Shown piece after piece: positions 35,973 to 46,101 of a stretch of DNA of 64,000 bases; within the stretch, counting starts at the first letter, position 1; each line of letters opens with the position of its first letter. The DNA comes from an uncultured candidatus Brocadiaceae bacterium. GTDB lineage: Bacteria > Planctomycetota > Brocadiia > SM23-32. The stretch spans positions 25,441 to 89,440 of the forward strand of contig CAZQEQ010000002.1 of NCBI GenBank assembly GCA_964592385.1, read 5' to 3'. The notes under the pieces are model-generated. The model was not told where the DNA came from and did not search any database. It saw only the letters and a program-made list of their open reading frames with translations. The position numbers and the translations under genes are program-made.

Positions 35973-38900
35973 CTACTCGGCCTTTGCAGCATTCTCCTCA
36001 AGCATGACCTCAACGCCGCTAATAACCGGTGTCGTCGTTGAGTTGACCTTCCTGGACTTAGGAATAAGTTCCAGGGTTACGCTATTCTTGGCGAGGATGC
36101 CTTTGAATTCCTTCACCAGAGCCCGAAACTTGCCGCCCGTGGCCTTCACAATGTCGAAGTCCCGCAGCACCGTCTCCCCCTGCAATCTTACGTCGAAGAT
36201 GCGTTCGCCAGCTCTCACGTCGTCTATCTCAGCGAAGTGCAATCGCATCGTGTACGTCTTTGCCAATCTGTTCGGGAGCCGGAGGATCAAAGGCGGGAAG
36301 TATTCCCTCCTCGCCGTGTTCCAGCGCGGGGCCGGGGGCGGCGTTTTCACTTTGCCGCTTTTGTCAAACTTGACTTGCAGGAGCTCTTTCCTCAGGCCAA
36401 TCGCAGCCAATGTATCCCAGGGGATGGCCATTTCAGCAGTAAGAGCATCCTCCGTTGTCCGCGTGGCGACCGACCAGTCCCCGTTCCAGTCCGTATCTTC
36501 CTCAACGACAGCATTGGCCTTCGCTATGCTGTATACCCGGAGCCACTCTCCGTAGTCAACTCCCGCAGGTCGGCTCGGCTCGCCAGACAAACGAAGGCGA
36601 CACATGTCCTTCAGGTCTCTGGCAACGTACTTCCCCCAGCCGGCCTCAAGCTGGTCCCCCTGGTAGAAGATGATCGGGAGGCCAACTTCGGCGCCGGCCG
36701 CCGGCGTGATATCCAGGTGCTCCCACGGGAAGCACGCTTCGACTACATAGGCCTTTTCTGTGTTGTTTTCAACGACCTCGAGCGCCGGCCCGGTCATGGA
36801 TTCGCCCAGGCCGTGGTGGACCGCATATGTCCGCTCCTTGGCAGACACATTAAGTTGAAGGAACGGCTCCACCCCGGGTTTGACTGCAACAAGCGCCATG
36901 CCAGCGGAACGCCGTTCCCGAGCAAAGGTCTCGCTCGTCGACTTCGCCAACAGCAGCAGCCCGTGGTCGTTCCAACCCAGTCGGCATTCCCCGTTGTCGA
37001 ATATGTTCACGCGGAACCCCCCGTCACCCCAGTCATCCGGTTTGCCGTCCAATGCGACCTTGTCCAGGCGCGGGATGTCGAACGCGTAGCTCCACAGCCC
37101 GTCATATCGTGCGCCGGAGGCCGAAACGCCGAGGTGGAGGACGTGCGGACTCTGTTTGTCCGTCATATACAGCTCAAACGAATCGTCTTTCCATACCGGT
37201 GCATCTTCCCCTTTGGTTTCAGCCTTCCAGAGTCTTGTGCCCCCGCGATGATCCACGTCCGCTGCTCGCTCGTAAGCAATGTAAAGACTGTCATCGTCGT
37301 GACGGAGCCGAATACACGCCTTTCCTTCGCGGAAAGACACCTGGGGGCTTTCGTCCCAACAGGGGTCGTGCAAATGCCCGTCAATTTGGGGCGGCCGCTC
37401 GCAGCCGAGAGACAAGGCCGACATCTCCTGGTCATAGATAGCCAGGTTCAGAGCCGCCCGTCTGAGACCCCGGTAACCGGAAGCATAAATCCAAGGGCGT
37501 TCCGTTCCCGTTATGGCCACCCGATCGGCATCGAAACGATACGGTCCGAATGCTCCGCCGCGAAGAACGTGGAACGGCACCCCGAGAGACGTCCTTTCAT
37601 GACCTCCCCCGCGCCCCGTGCTCCCCACTTCCATGCCGAAACCCGGACGAGGCATGCCCAGCCAGAGAACGCCCTCGTCATCCCGACGGTCGCCAGGTGC
37701 GCCCAGGTTCAAAGCCGCGTGTCGCAGCGGCGATCCCAGCACGTCGGTGTGGTCAGAAAAGACCCCCCAGTCCTCATTCTTCCGAGTCCTTGTGGGCACC
37801 AGGGCCAAAGAACACTCAAAATTGTAAGAGCACGAGCACCCAAGGCTTCCTTCGCTCGAAATGAGTAATCCAAAGGCTGGCATCAAGCTCACCGGGCCTG
37901 CCCTGCCCCCACACGAAGGCCTTACGCCGCCGAAGTGGCGCAGGCCGCTATCGTCGACGTAGTCGTAAATCCCAAGTGTGGCGGACCGAAAGAAATCTGC
38001 TGCCGCCGAAGAGAGAATTCCGCCACAACCAGCGGTTCGTACGTAGAAGTGCCCCCTCTTCTCGCCGGTAAGCGGATGGGTGTTCTGGCCGAAGTTTCCC
38101 CTGTCCTTTGAAGAGCGTTCAGGCATGCGTCCCCATTGGCGTGCCCACTCCGGCGCTTCTTGCAATGGCATCGCCTTGAGCAGCCGGCCGGTCTGTGCAT
38201 CATGCTGATAGCATACGGAGCCGACATTCAGATACACGTGCTCATCATCTGCGGCCAGACTGTCAGGGAGACGCGCGTTCCCCTTAGAAAGGCCCAGCCA
38301 CACGTGCTCGTCGCCTTCGGCCGGACCGGCAGCGGCAAGGGGATGATCGATCGAAAGGTCCGTCTCCAGGGACCATAACTCAGTGCCGTTGTATGCATCC
38401 ATGGCAATAACGCGGTTATTTGACCCCAAAACAAAATACCGCCCATTGGCAGCCCTTGGGGTGCCGCACTCGGTCCTGGTGGCGATTCTGCCGGGGCCCG
38501 GACCGCCGAACCAGAGAAGCTCCAGCGGCCACTTCACGCGCTGATCGCACGTGACCTCCGAGTCCCAGTCGAATGCACCTGGGAGTTTTCCACGCACCAC
38601 GTGCAATGATTCGCCGCTGGAGCGGACCTCCGCAGCCGGCACCTCGCCATCCTTAAGCAATTTCTCAATACCGGACCGCGGTACCTGATCGAAGTACATG
38701 AGACCGCCGCACGGGCGGAGGACTCGATACAGATCCTTCCCACGTAAATCATCGCTTTCTCCGGATACGACAACGACATTCGCGAAGTAAGGAGCATACG
38801 GAAGGCTCGCGGCACTTTGCAGATACTGGACGACCAGGCGCGAACCATAAAGCTCCGTCGTGCCAAGCAGGCGGGCCCGCTCTTCTTGCACCTTCGACTT

Positions 38901-40301
38901 GTCGCCCAAGACGCTAACGACATGAAGCCCCGTTTTGCATGCCAGGGCTTCGGTGAAACCTGCGTCCGGCCGGCCAATGACAAGGGCATATCCCTTCGTT
39001 ATCCTTGACTGCTCGATCAGCTCGAGAAGGCCCGCCAGTGTTTCCGTTGCGTCCACGCCCTCCATGTTCGGTCTCGTCTTCACCGACGGCCCCGTTACCT
39101 TGCGCCCTTCCGGCGCGCTTTCCTCGCGCGGTTGGAAACAGTAGATCAACCCCTCGGTCGTTGCCACGACAAGTCGGCCATCTGCGACGGCGATCCCCCG
39201 CGCACGCCCCCGGACCCCATAGCGCCACATCTCTTTGCCATCAGAAGCCGCAGTCACGAGGTTTTCCTTACCCTCCAGCAGCGTCTCACGAGCCAGCACG
39301 CAATTGTCCGCCACAAACGTATGTTCCGCGTCGGGAACGATATCCCCGTTTGCAAGCGAATAAGCAAGAACCCCCTGTGGTTCCTGGCCATTGAAAAACA
39401 AAGCGTTTTCCTCGTCAATAGCCGTCCAGACTCCGCCAAGATGCGTCGTATGCCTGTAGTAGAGCAGCCGCCCGGTGGAGCGATCGTACGCCGCGGGGAG
39501 GGCCCTGCCGGTCGGAACCAGCAAAACGTCCTTGGAGGCAAGAACATATCCCTGCGGCGCGACCCCGGTAAGCGCGTAGGCATCGTGTGGCTGCATAATG
39601 TACATGTTGTCGCTCGTATCGTTACACCAAATGACCTCGCCGGTGTCGGCATCAAGAGCGTAGACATAGACACCTTCGGATGGCCACATGCCCGCGGTGA
39701 CGTAGCACGTTCCGCTATTAACGAGCACCCCGCTGCGGAGCGGCCAGCGCGAGATCATGCGGTCGTTCCCAAGAATCTGATCATCCCCTGGCGCAGCTTG
39801 AAACTGCCAAATCAGCTCCCCGGTAATCGCCTCCAGGCAATACACAAAACCGTCGTCGCAGGCGACGTAGCATTTCCCCTTTGCGACGTGTGGAGCGAAC
39901 CGCACCGGACCGCCGGTCGTGAATCGCCATCTGGCGTCCCCTGTGGCAACGTCCAGTGCCCGAACCGTATCGTCAGCTGAGGAGCCAAAATAGACCAGGC
40001 CGCCCGCGACGACCGGCTGGAGAACGTCGTCGAACTCGATGCGGTCGTGTTGCCGCCTCGAACCGTGCCCCCACGTGGCATCCGGCCAGGCAGGCCGGGG
40101 AGCCTGCCGAGGCTCATATACCCAGGCCAGGGCAAGAGGGAACTGGAGGTTCTCCGGCGTGGCGGCGCTCCTGGCCGCGTCTGCCCTGTAGCATGGCCAA
40201 TCGGAACCATAAACGTCAAAACCAAGCAGGAACCAACACGCCAGCGTAAGAAGTATGCAACGCTTCGCCCAAACTTTGCACATTATTGCCGCCTTTCTCA
40301 C
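35973..40301 (-). CDS. 1442-aa secreted multidomain protein: PQQ-like propellers, methyltransferase-like insert, CBM9/DOMON-like modules, C-terminal malectin-like domain
   Basis: The protein has a signal peptide and PQQ/BamB-like blades ([24 protein letters not shown]). A middle segment reads [33 protein letters not shown]9-like segment reads [12 protein letters not shown]...LYIAYE...DDSFELYM. The C-terminus, [36 protein letters not shown], is typical of malectin-like domains. G+C is visibly lower than in neighbouring genes. The start may be the GTG at 40301 or the ATG at 40283. Confidence 0.85.
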   Translation of the reverse strand: MRKAAIMCKVWAKRCILLTLACWFLLGFDVYGSDWPCYRADAARSAATPENLQFPLALAWVYEPRQAPRPAWPDATWGHGSRRQHDRIEFDDVLQPVVAGGLVYFGSSADDTVRALDVATGDARWRFTTGGPVRFAPHVAKGKCYVACDDGFVYCLEAITGELIWQFQAAPGDDQILGNDRMISRWPLRSGVLVNSGTCYVTAGMWPSEGVYVYALDADTGEVIWCNDTSDNMYIMQPHDAYALTGVAPQGYVLASKDVLLVPTGRALPAAYDRSTGRLLYYRHTTHLGGVWTAIDEENALFFNGQEPQGVLAYSLANGDIVPDAEHTFVADNCVLARETLLEGKENLVTAASDGKEMWRYGVRGRARGIAVADGRLVVATTEGLIYCFQPREESAPEGRKVTGPSVKTRPNMEGVDATETLAGLLELIEQSRITKGYALVIGRPDAGFTEALACKTGLHVVSVLGDKSKVQEERARLLGTTELYGSRLVVQYLQSAASLPYAPYFANVVVVSGESDDLRGKDLYRVLRPCGGLMYFDQVPRSGIEKLLKDGEVPAAEVRSSGESLHVVRGKLPGAFDWDSEVTCDQRVKWPLELLWFGGPGPGRIATRTECGTPRAANGRYFVLGSNNRVIAMDAYNGTELWSLETDLSIDHPLAAAGPAEGDEHVWLGLSKGNARLPDSLAADDEHVYLNVGSVCYQHDAQTGRLLKAMPLQEAPEWARQWGRMPERSSKDRGNFGQNTHPLTGEKRGHFYVRTAGCGGILSSAAADFFRSATLGIYDYVDDSGLRHFGGVRPSCGGRAGPVSLMPAFGLLISSEGSLGCSCSYNFECSLALVPTRTRKNEDWGVFSDHTDVLGSPLRHAALNLGAPGDRRDDEGVLWLGMPRPGFGMEVGSTGRGGGHERTSLGVPFHVLRGGAFGPYRFDADRVAITGTERPWIYASGYRGLRRAALNLAIYDQEMSALSLGCERPPQIDGHLHDPCWDESPQVSFREGKACIRLRHDDDSLYIAYERAADVDHRGGTRLWKAETKGEDAPVWKDDSFELYMTDKQSPHVLHLGVSASGARYDGLWSYAFDIPRLDKVALDGKPDDWGDGGFRVNIFDNGECRLGWNDHGLLLLAKSTSETFARERRSAGMALVAVKPGVEPFLQLNVSAKERTYAVHHGLGESMTGPALEVVENNTEKAYVVEACFPWEHLDITPAAGAEVGLPIIFYQGDQLEAGWGKYVARDLKDMCRLRLSGEPSRPAGVDYGEWLRVYSIAKANAVVEEDTDWNGDWSVATRTTEDALTAEMAIPWDTLAAIGLRKELLQVKFDKSGKVKTPPPAPRWNTARREYFPPLILRLPNRLAKTYTMRLHFAEIDDVRAGERIFDVRLQGETVLRDFDIVKATGGKFRALVKEFKGILAKNSVTLELIPKSRKVNSTTTPVISGVEVMLEENAAKAE

Positions 40302-40710
40302 TTAGCGGTCATCGTACGGTGCGACGGGCGCCTGGCAGTAATGATATACGGCTGGCGCGCCTCTGTCCACTCCTTGCCTTGGTCGGGCTATCTGAAGAGG
40401 GTCAGGCCGGGCGCGGAGGGGGCGATCCCGGCCTCACCGCCAGAGCAAGAAGGCCGGCGGCCAGCAGCTCGTATCTGCAGCAATAGGCGAAGAGGCCACG
40501 AAAGGCTCCTGTTGCGCGTGAAGATGACTGCGGCGCTGGGGGAGGGCGTTGCCCCCTCAGCGCCGCATTTGGGCCGTCGCCCTGCGACGGAGGGCATGGC
40601 GGGCTCGATCCGCCTCGACACGTTGAAGCCGGGGACCCATGCCATCACGCTGCACGTCTATTCGTCCACCACGTTGCAGCGTGAAGCTCAGACTGTGATC
40701 GTCACTTTGC

Positions 40711-40992
40711 CCTAGCAGCCTGTTGAAGAACTGGGCTCGGCCGCGCCGCCGCCAGGCGCAAGCAGATCAAGGCGCGAGGCCGCTGGCGTGCCCCCTGCGC
40801 CACGTCGAGGCCGAGCAACACGGAGATGCGACGCAAATGGCGGCGGCCCAAGGGGTTGGGGCGGCGCGGGGCCGTCTGCTGCGTTGCGTCTCCTCGACGA
40901 TACGTCGAGCATCGCCTGCGTCGCCGCGCCTTGCATCCGACCCCGCGGCGCTCCCAACGCGACCAGATCCAGTTCTTCAACAGGCTGCTAGG
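40711..40992. mobile_element. 282-bp foldback (MITE-like) element or candidate invertible segment with 24-bp perfect terminal inverted repeats
   Basis: CCTAGCAGCCTGTTGAAGAACTGG at 40711-40734 is the exact reverse complement of 40969-40992. The 234-bp interior is itself an imperfect palindrome; for example, GATCAAGGCGCGAGGCCGCTGGCG corresponds to the reverse complement of CGCCTGCGTCGCCGCGCCTTGCATC. Confidence 0.6.
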
Positions 40993-41135
40993 ATGCCGGC
41001 AAGGGCTAGAGCGCCCGGGACGGCGGCCGCGACGAGATCGTCAAGCTGCTGGAAGCCGCAGAATAGTGCAAGGCACCCGACTCCAATGCCTTCGAGTCCG
41101 GCACAACGCTGCCCATCGGGCCAAGAAGATTTTTC

Positions 41136-41164
41136 TTGACACCGTTGTTGGCCGGGGGGAGAAT
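41136..41164 (+). promoter_or_regulatory. Sigma70-like promoter TTGACA-N17-GAGAAT with upstream T-tract
   Basis: TTGACA is at 41136-41141 and GAGAAT at 41159-41164, preceded by GATTTTTC. It lies 130 nt upstream of the GTG at 41294, which is preceded by GGGAGGAGG. Confidence 0.45.
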
Positions 41165-41293
41165 CTTACCAACTTGGCTAGCAGCTTTTGCCTAGGCAGG
41201 CCGGGCTCGACCAACGGCAGGCGGCTGTGCCCTTCTGCCGGGTGGACAGCGGCCAAGTAGCACGGCCCCGATCTGCAGGGAGGAGGTAGAGAC

Positions 41294-42913
41294 GTGGGCG
41301 CGAAACGCCGAGCTGTAGCGGTCTTCTTGCTTGCTGTCGGCATCATATTGGCCATAGTGGGGACGGTTCTTCCCGGGCCGAAGGTGGGCGGAGTGGTCTC
41401 GTGTGAGTGGCGCGCGAAAAGTCATCTTATCACAGGGGCATACAAAGCCTATGGGATCAAGGAGTGTCCCCGGCCCTTGTGGTTGGCCAAGAGCGTTTTC
41501 ACGAACTCCACTAACGGCCGCGTCACCGACCTACGCGTGCGTTACAGGCTAAGCCGCTATGCGGACTGGTGCCGGTGGCACGAATACCCGGCGGTCGATC
41601 CGGGACAGACCGTCGTTGACCTTTACCACCCGCTATTGGACGACGGCATCGCGCAGCTCACAAGCCGCACACCGGGCGAAATCGAGATGGAGTACGAATA
41701 CACCGACCCGTTGGGCGGCGTGGAGAAGGACAGTGACAGCCGCGAGATCATGGTCCTGAGCCGCCGGGAGTTCATCTACTCGGACTTGCCGAGGGAAGAG
41801 CAGACCGGCTCCTTCCAGGACAGGATGACCAGCGATTACCTGTTGACGGCGTGGGTGACGTCGGTTGACGCCCCCGTGGCCAAGCTGGCGTCCATGGCCA
41901 ACGAGAACGCCGGCGGCGTGGGAGCGACTGCGGACCTCGAATCCTTCCAGAAAGTGATGCGCGAGCTCTATGACATCATGCTCGACATCCGTGTCACCTA
42001 CCAGCATCCGACCGTCGGCGTGGACGCGCGGAAATCGCTGGACATCACCGGCATCCAGAGCGTGCAATACCCGCGCGACACGATCGAGAAGCGCAGCGGC
42101 ACGTGCATCGACCTGGCCATTCTCTATGCGGCAATGATGGAGTCCGTCGGCATCCGCCCGCTGGTCATCAACATAGACCACCACACCTTTCCTGTGGGCG
42201 TGGCACCGAACGGGGATTGGATGCCGGTCGAGGCCACCTGCGTCGGGGGCGGTGGCGAGCAAGCGGGCACTTTTGACCAGGCCGTCAAGATCGGCCTCGA
42301 GACACTGAAAGATGTGCGTCAGAGCGGACGCTATAGCGTCGTGAACGTCTTCATGAACCGTGCGGCCGGGATATCCTGTCCCGAACTGCCGGCCGCGCCC
42401 GCGGACGTCCTCGAGGAGTGGGGCGTCGTCAAGGATGTGGAGGCCGCGCGCCGCGCCGGTGGCGGGGGTGGCGGCGGCGGCGCTGGCGCCGGTGCCGGCG
42501 ATGCCGGCGGGGGTGGCGGCGGAGGAGAGCGCGAAACCACTCTGTCCGCCGGCAACTGGAGCGCGGTGTTTGCGACGCCGGACGGATCCCAACGTACCGG
42601 CATGTGCCAGATAACGGGCGAAGGCGGCCCGCGCGCGAAGCTGGTGTTCACGCTCGAATACAGCATGATGGACCAGTTCGGCACGCCGCACCAGTGCAGG
42701 GAGGTCAACACGTTCCACGGCGAAGTCGGGGACGGCGTCCTCACGGCAACGTGCAACGAAGTGGTCTGGACGATGGACGGAGAGCCCCAGTCGCCAATGG
42801 GCCTGCCGTTCCGCCTGCAGATGACCATCGGCGGCGACGGCAGCACTATGACCGGCACTGTGCAGAACGCCACGGGCCAAGGTGGCAGGCTCCAAATGCA
42901 GTTCACGGGATAG
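41294..42913 (+). CDS. Membrane-anchored transglutaminase-like (papain-fold) protein with Gly-rich linker and C-terminal beta-rich domain
   Basis: 539 aa with an N-terminal TM helix. The core RSGTCIDLAILYAAMMESVGIRPLVINIDHHTFPV...WMPVEATC resembles the Cys-His-Asp/Glu transglutaminase-like core. A linker reads GGGGGGGGAGAGAGDAGGGGGGG. The C-terminal ~110 aa are unassigned. Confidence 0.65.
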   Translation: MGAKRRAVAVFLLAVGIILAIVGTVLPGPKVGGVVSCEWRAKSHLITGAYKAYGIKECPRPLWLAKSVFTNSTNGRVTDLRVRYRLSRYADWCRWHEYPAVDPGQTVVDLYHPLLDDGIAQLTSRTPGEIEMEYEYTDPLGGVEKDSDSREIMVLSRREFIYSDLPREEQTGSFQDRMTSDYLLTAWVTSVDAPVAKLASMANENAGGVGATADLESFQKVMRELYDIMLDIRVTYQHPTVGVDARKSLDITGIQSVQYPRDTIEKRSGTCIDLAILYAAMMESVGIRPLVINIDHHTFPVGVAPNGDWMPVEATCVGGGGEQAGTFDQAVKIGLETLKDVRQSGRYSVVNVFMNRAAGISCPELPAAPADVLEEWGVVKDVEAARRAGGGGGGGGAGAGAGDAGGGGGGGERETTLSAGNWSAVFATPDGSQRTGMCQITGEGGPRAKLVFTLEYSMMDQFGTPHQCREVNTFHGEVGDGVLTATCNEVVWTMDGEPQSPMGLPFRLQMTIGGDGSTMTGTVQNATGQGGRLQMQFTG

Positions 42914-42962
42914 CCGCCCGCCGGGCAGCCGCGTGCAGCAACAGACAAGGGGAGATAGAACG

Positions 42963-43622
42963 ATGAGAGCCAACTGCAGAATCGGTCTGAGCAGCATGAT
43001 TCTGATCGTCATGGCGGTCGCCGCCGCGCCGATTGCCTGGAGCGCCAACCGGTACGATGCGACCTTCGATGTCCAGCCCAACGGCGACGCGAAGGTTGAA
43101 ATGATCTTTACGCTGCCTATGGCGGAGTACACGCAGATGCGCAGCAACCTGCCCATGCTGCACCTGCTGCTGCGCGATCTCGCCTCGGAACGCAGTGACA
43201 TTGAGGTGAGAGACAGGGACGCGCAGTACAACGATGCAGAGCGCACCGTGGACTTCACCATGCTCGCCCTGGGCGGCGCGAAGAACATGGGAGACCACTG
43301 GGAGATCGATGTGGACAAGGACCGCGTCTTCTCAAACCTGAACGAATCCGAGAGGACGGTTTACTTCATCCCCAACATCGAAGGTGAGATGGGGAGCTTC
43401 CAGGGGCAGGAGAATTACGTGTTGCCGGATGCAGCCACCCAGATCAAGTGGGACAAGGGTAAGCGCCTGATTACTTACGTCATGCCTGTACCTGCCGCCC
43501 CCTCTGCCCCGGGCAAGATGGTTCTCTGGGCCCTGGCGGCCGTGTTCATCTTAGCAGGGGCCGCTTTGTTGGCCATGCCTGCTCGGCGGGCCGCACCCGC
43601 CGGGGAGAAGGAAGAGGAGTGA
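42963..43622 (+). CDS. Secreted protein with C-terminal membrane anchor, unknown function
   Basis: I prefer the ATG at 42963, preceded by GGGGAG. It has a signal peptide (MILIVMAVAAAPIAWSA), a C-terminal TM helix (VLWALAAVFILAGAALLAM) and an acidic tail. It begins 50 nt after the previous gene. Confidence 0.6.
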   Translation: MRANCRIGLSSMILIVMAVAAAPIAWSANRYDATFDVQPNGDAKVEMIFTLPMAEYTQMRSNLPMLHLLLRDLASERSDIEVRDRDAQYNDAERTVDFTMLALGGAKNMGDHWEIDVDKDRVFSNLNESERTVYFIPNIEGEMGSFQGQENYVLPDAATQIKWDKGKRLITYVMPVPAAPSAPGKMVLWALAAVFILAGAALLAMPARRAAPAGEKEEE

Positions 43623-43775
43623 AGGGCGCTTCACCCGAGCCCTCTTCTTGGTCTGCTCGGGGCTTTCCCGGACGCACTTGACGAGGACCGCGGTGGGGAC
43701 CGCTTCACAGCATCCGTCCGCGCCTCCGGACTATCCCTCCGGGGGCGGCATGTCAGGCCGGCACCGTGCGCGCCG

Positions 43776-44858
43776 TCAGCCTGCCCAGTCGAGCACTGCC
43801 TCCACCATGGCCTCGTACTGAGGCAGGCAGCGCCCGCCGGCACCGCGGATGTAAGGTGACGCCGTCGGGCTCACGATCAGCCCGCGGCGGTCGTCGAAGA
43901 CGGCCTCTATCAGCGCGCGCACCTGCTCGCGTATCCGCTCTGGCGTGGACTCGTACATCTCGTTTATCTGGATGTTGCCCTCCAGGCAGGTCGGCCCGCG
44001 CGCGGCCTGCTTCGCCTCGGCGGGGGTGATGTCCCCCAGCGGCGGCGCCTCGAAGGGGTGCAGCACGTCCACGCCCGCCTCCACGAAAGAGCCGATGACC
44101 TTCTTCATCGCGCCGTGGCAGTGCACGTGGACGCGCCCGCCGGCCTCGTGAACCCGGTCGATGATCGGCCTGTCGTAGCGGATGTTGAACTCGTCGAAGT
44201 CCCGCGGCCCGTGCAGCGGGGGGGCGATGAACTCCTGGCCGGCCAGGCTGAAGTACGGCCCCAAACCCCGCTGCAGCAGGTACTTGAGCCGCGTCAGGAT
44301 GACGTCCCGCTCCCGCGCCAGCAGGGCGTGGATCACGTCCCGGTCGGTGACGGACATGATGGCGAAGTTCTCCGACCCGCAGAGCTCCGCCACGATCCCG
44401 CCGGGGTTGTGCCCCAGGCTGACCTCCGCGATGCCCGCCTCGCCGACCTCGCGGTCCGCCTCGAAGAACGACGAGACCTCGCCGCCCACCTCGGGCATCG
44501 GCAGGGACAGGTACGTCTCGGCGTCGGCGGCGCTGTTGATGAAGTGTGTCCTGTCCAGCCCCGGCTGGCCGCGCAGGCTGACCAGCCGTGACGCCTCCAG
44601 GTCGCCCGCCGGCGCGTGGAGCACGCTGACCTCGCGCTCCCAGTCGTCGGAGTGCGGCTCGCGGCGCGTCTCGACGGGCGGCCTGCCCTGCACCCGCCCG
44701 GACCACCAGCCGCGCTTCAGTTCGCTGTGCTCGGCCAGGTAGGCCCGGAGCGGGTCGTACGACGGGTCGTCGGCCGGGTAGCCCGTGCGGCTGTAGACCG
44801 CCGGCCGGTCCATCTCCTCGTGGAAGTAGCACCGCCTCAGCCGTTCGCGCCGCGTCAC
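43776..44858 (-). CDS. Uroporphyrinogen-decarboxylase-like (URO-D family) protein
   Basis: 360 aa. The C-terminal half (VHVHCHGAMKKVIGSFVEAGVDVLHPFE, CLEGNIQ, GLIVSPTASP) resembles URO-D-like TIM-barrel enzymes. The start overlaps the upstream gene's stop by 4 nt. Confidence 0.6.
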   Translation of the reverse strand: MTRRERLRRCYFHEEMDRPAVYSRTGYPADDPSYDPLRAYLAEHSELKRGWWSGRVQGRPPVETRREPHSDDWEREVSVLHAPAGDLEASRLVSLRGQPGLDRTHFINSAADAETYLSLPMPEVGGEVSSFFEADREVGEAGIAEVSLGHNPGGIVAELCGSENFAIMSVTDRDVIHALLARERDVILTRLKYLLQRGLGPYFSLAGQEFIAPPLHGPRDFDEFNIRYDRPIIDRVHEAGGRVHVHCHGAMKKVIGSFVEAGVDVLHPFEAPPLGDITPAEAKQAARGPTCLEGNIQINEMYESTPERIREQVRALIEAVFDDRRGLIVSPTASPYIRGAGGRCLPQYEAMVEAVLDWAG

Positions 44859-46009
44859 AGGTGCCCCTCTCCGCCCGCGACCTCGGGCTTGTCCAGCAGG
44901 CCCTCGGTCCGCTCCTCGACGGGCGCCAGGGCCGGCAGCCCGTTCTCCGGGCGGTCCAGGTAGAAGTAGGCGCAGCTCGACCAGTCGTCCTGGCGCTCGA
45001 AGAGCCCCCCGCCCGGCTCGCTGCCGGGCGAGCAGTCCATGACCTCCGGCCCCGCGCCGGCCCGGTAGACGGTGCGCCCCTCGAAGTGCCAGCGCGCCTT
45101 GTGCTCGGTGCCCCAGTAGCCCATCTGCTGGATCGTCACGCGGCAGTCCCGCCCGAAGTAAACCGGGTCGGGCACGTGGTGGCGGTAGAAGCAGAACTGC
45201 ATGTTTCCGTGGTCGGCCACGTGGCAGCCCTGGTAGAGGGTCGCGTAGCGGCCCTGGCCCCAGCCCGTGCCGATGTAGTCCTCCGTGCCCGTGCCGCTCA
45301 GTGTGGGCAGGTCAGCGTCGCCGTCCAGGTACACCTTCACCTCGCCCTCGCCCCACCATGAGCGGTAGTAGAGCTCGCGGTCCGCGATCACCCCGACGTT
45401 GGAGCCCAGGAACCGTCCCCTGCCCTGGACGCGGGGCAGTATCTCGAAGTCGCGCTGCATGGCGGTCGGGTTCTCGCGGCGCCAGTGGGCGTGGAAGTAG
45501 AGCGCGTCATCCGGCAGCGCGTCGCCGAGGGTGTAGTCCACGTCGTAGAAGAACGCCCGCAGGTCCGCGCCGCTCTCGTTCGTGACGACCAACTTCATCC
45601 CGGTGCGGAAGGGCATGGGCACGCAGCAGTTGAAGCTGCGCCCCTCGGGGCTGCTGAACAGGGCCGACTCGAAGCGCGCCATGCGCCCCAGGCCGGTGCC
45701 GAAGAAGTCGCCCAGCGGCGCGCTCACAGCGGGCGTCTCGGCGCCGTCCCAATAGAAGTCCAGCTTCAGCCCGCGCAGCATACGCGGCGAGCGGTTGCTG
45801 ATGGTCACCCATATGCGCCGCACGACGCCGCTCGCGCCCTGTGCCTCGGCCAGGACGACCTGCTCGCCGGCGGCCAATGGCAGGCAGGGGCGGCCCTTGC
45901 GGCCGGCGTTGGCCTGGGCGGCCTGTCCCTTCTCCCCCTTCGGGTTCTCGGCGCTCGCCCAGCGCGTCTCCACACCCTCCGGCACCACGTACAGCGGATG
46001 CGCGTCCAT
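44855..46009 (-). CDS. DUF2961-like protein (family that includes GH172-type glycosidases)
   Basis: 384 aa. The motifs RIWVTISN...LKLDFYWDG and LSGTGTEDYIGTGWGQG are characteristic of DUF2961, as I recall it. Confidence 0.75.
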   Translation of the reverse strand: MDAHPLYVVPEGVETRWASAENPKGEKGQAAQANAGRKGRPCLPLAAGEQVVLAEAQGASGVVRRIWVTISNRSPRMLRGLKLDFYWDGAETPAVSAPLGDFFGTGLGRMARFESALFSSPEGRSFNCCVPMPFRTGMKLVVTNESGADLRAFFYDVDYTLGDALPDDALYFHAHWRRENPTAMQRDFEILPRVQGRGRFLGSNVGVIADRELYYRSWWGEGEVKVYLDGDADLPTLSGTGTEDYIGTGWGQGRYATLYQGCHVADHGNMQFCFYRHHVPDPVYFGRDCRVTIQQMGYWGTEHKARWHFEGRTVYRAGAGPEVMDCSPGSEPGGGLFERQDDWSSCAYFYLDRPENGLPALAPVEERTEGLLDKPEVAGGEGHL

Positions 46010-46101
46010 TCCGTCCCTCCTTTTACTTCCTCGCGGTTATGTTCGAGCTGTCTCACCCGCACATCACGTCAGAATACTGCTCATGGGGGCGCCCCGACGC
46101 C

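Noticed and set aside
40513-40715. A plus-strand frame ending ...GSIRLDTLKPGTHAITLHVYSSTTLQREAQTVIVTLP-stop, resembling the C-terminus of an Ig-like or beta-sandwich protein truncated by the foldback element.
   Set aside because: The upstream part of the frame is antisense to the 1442-aa gene, and no start or RBS is evident. It is plausibly a gene remnant, but it cannot be supported from about 40 residues.
41010-41066. A short frame encoding ...RDGGRDEIVKLLEAAE-stop, resembling the end of an ankyrin repeat.
   Set aside because: Only about 18 codons are open before an upstream stop. That is too short to separate from chance, and no further ankyrin-like sequence is in frame.
41178-41190. CTAGCAGCTTTTG as a third copy of the foldback-element terminus (CTAGCAGCCTGTTG), i.e. 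a third recombination or operator site.
   Set aside because: Only 12 of 14 positions match, with an exact core of 8 nt, which could occur by chance in 64 kb. I mention it only as a weak note inside the transglutaminase finding.
42458-42526. The Gly/Ala-coding GGN tract as a possible slipped-strand contingency repeat.
   Set aside because: The codons vary (ggt ggc ggg gct gcc gat) and do not form a perfect tandem repeat. It is more simply a flexible interdomain linker.
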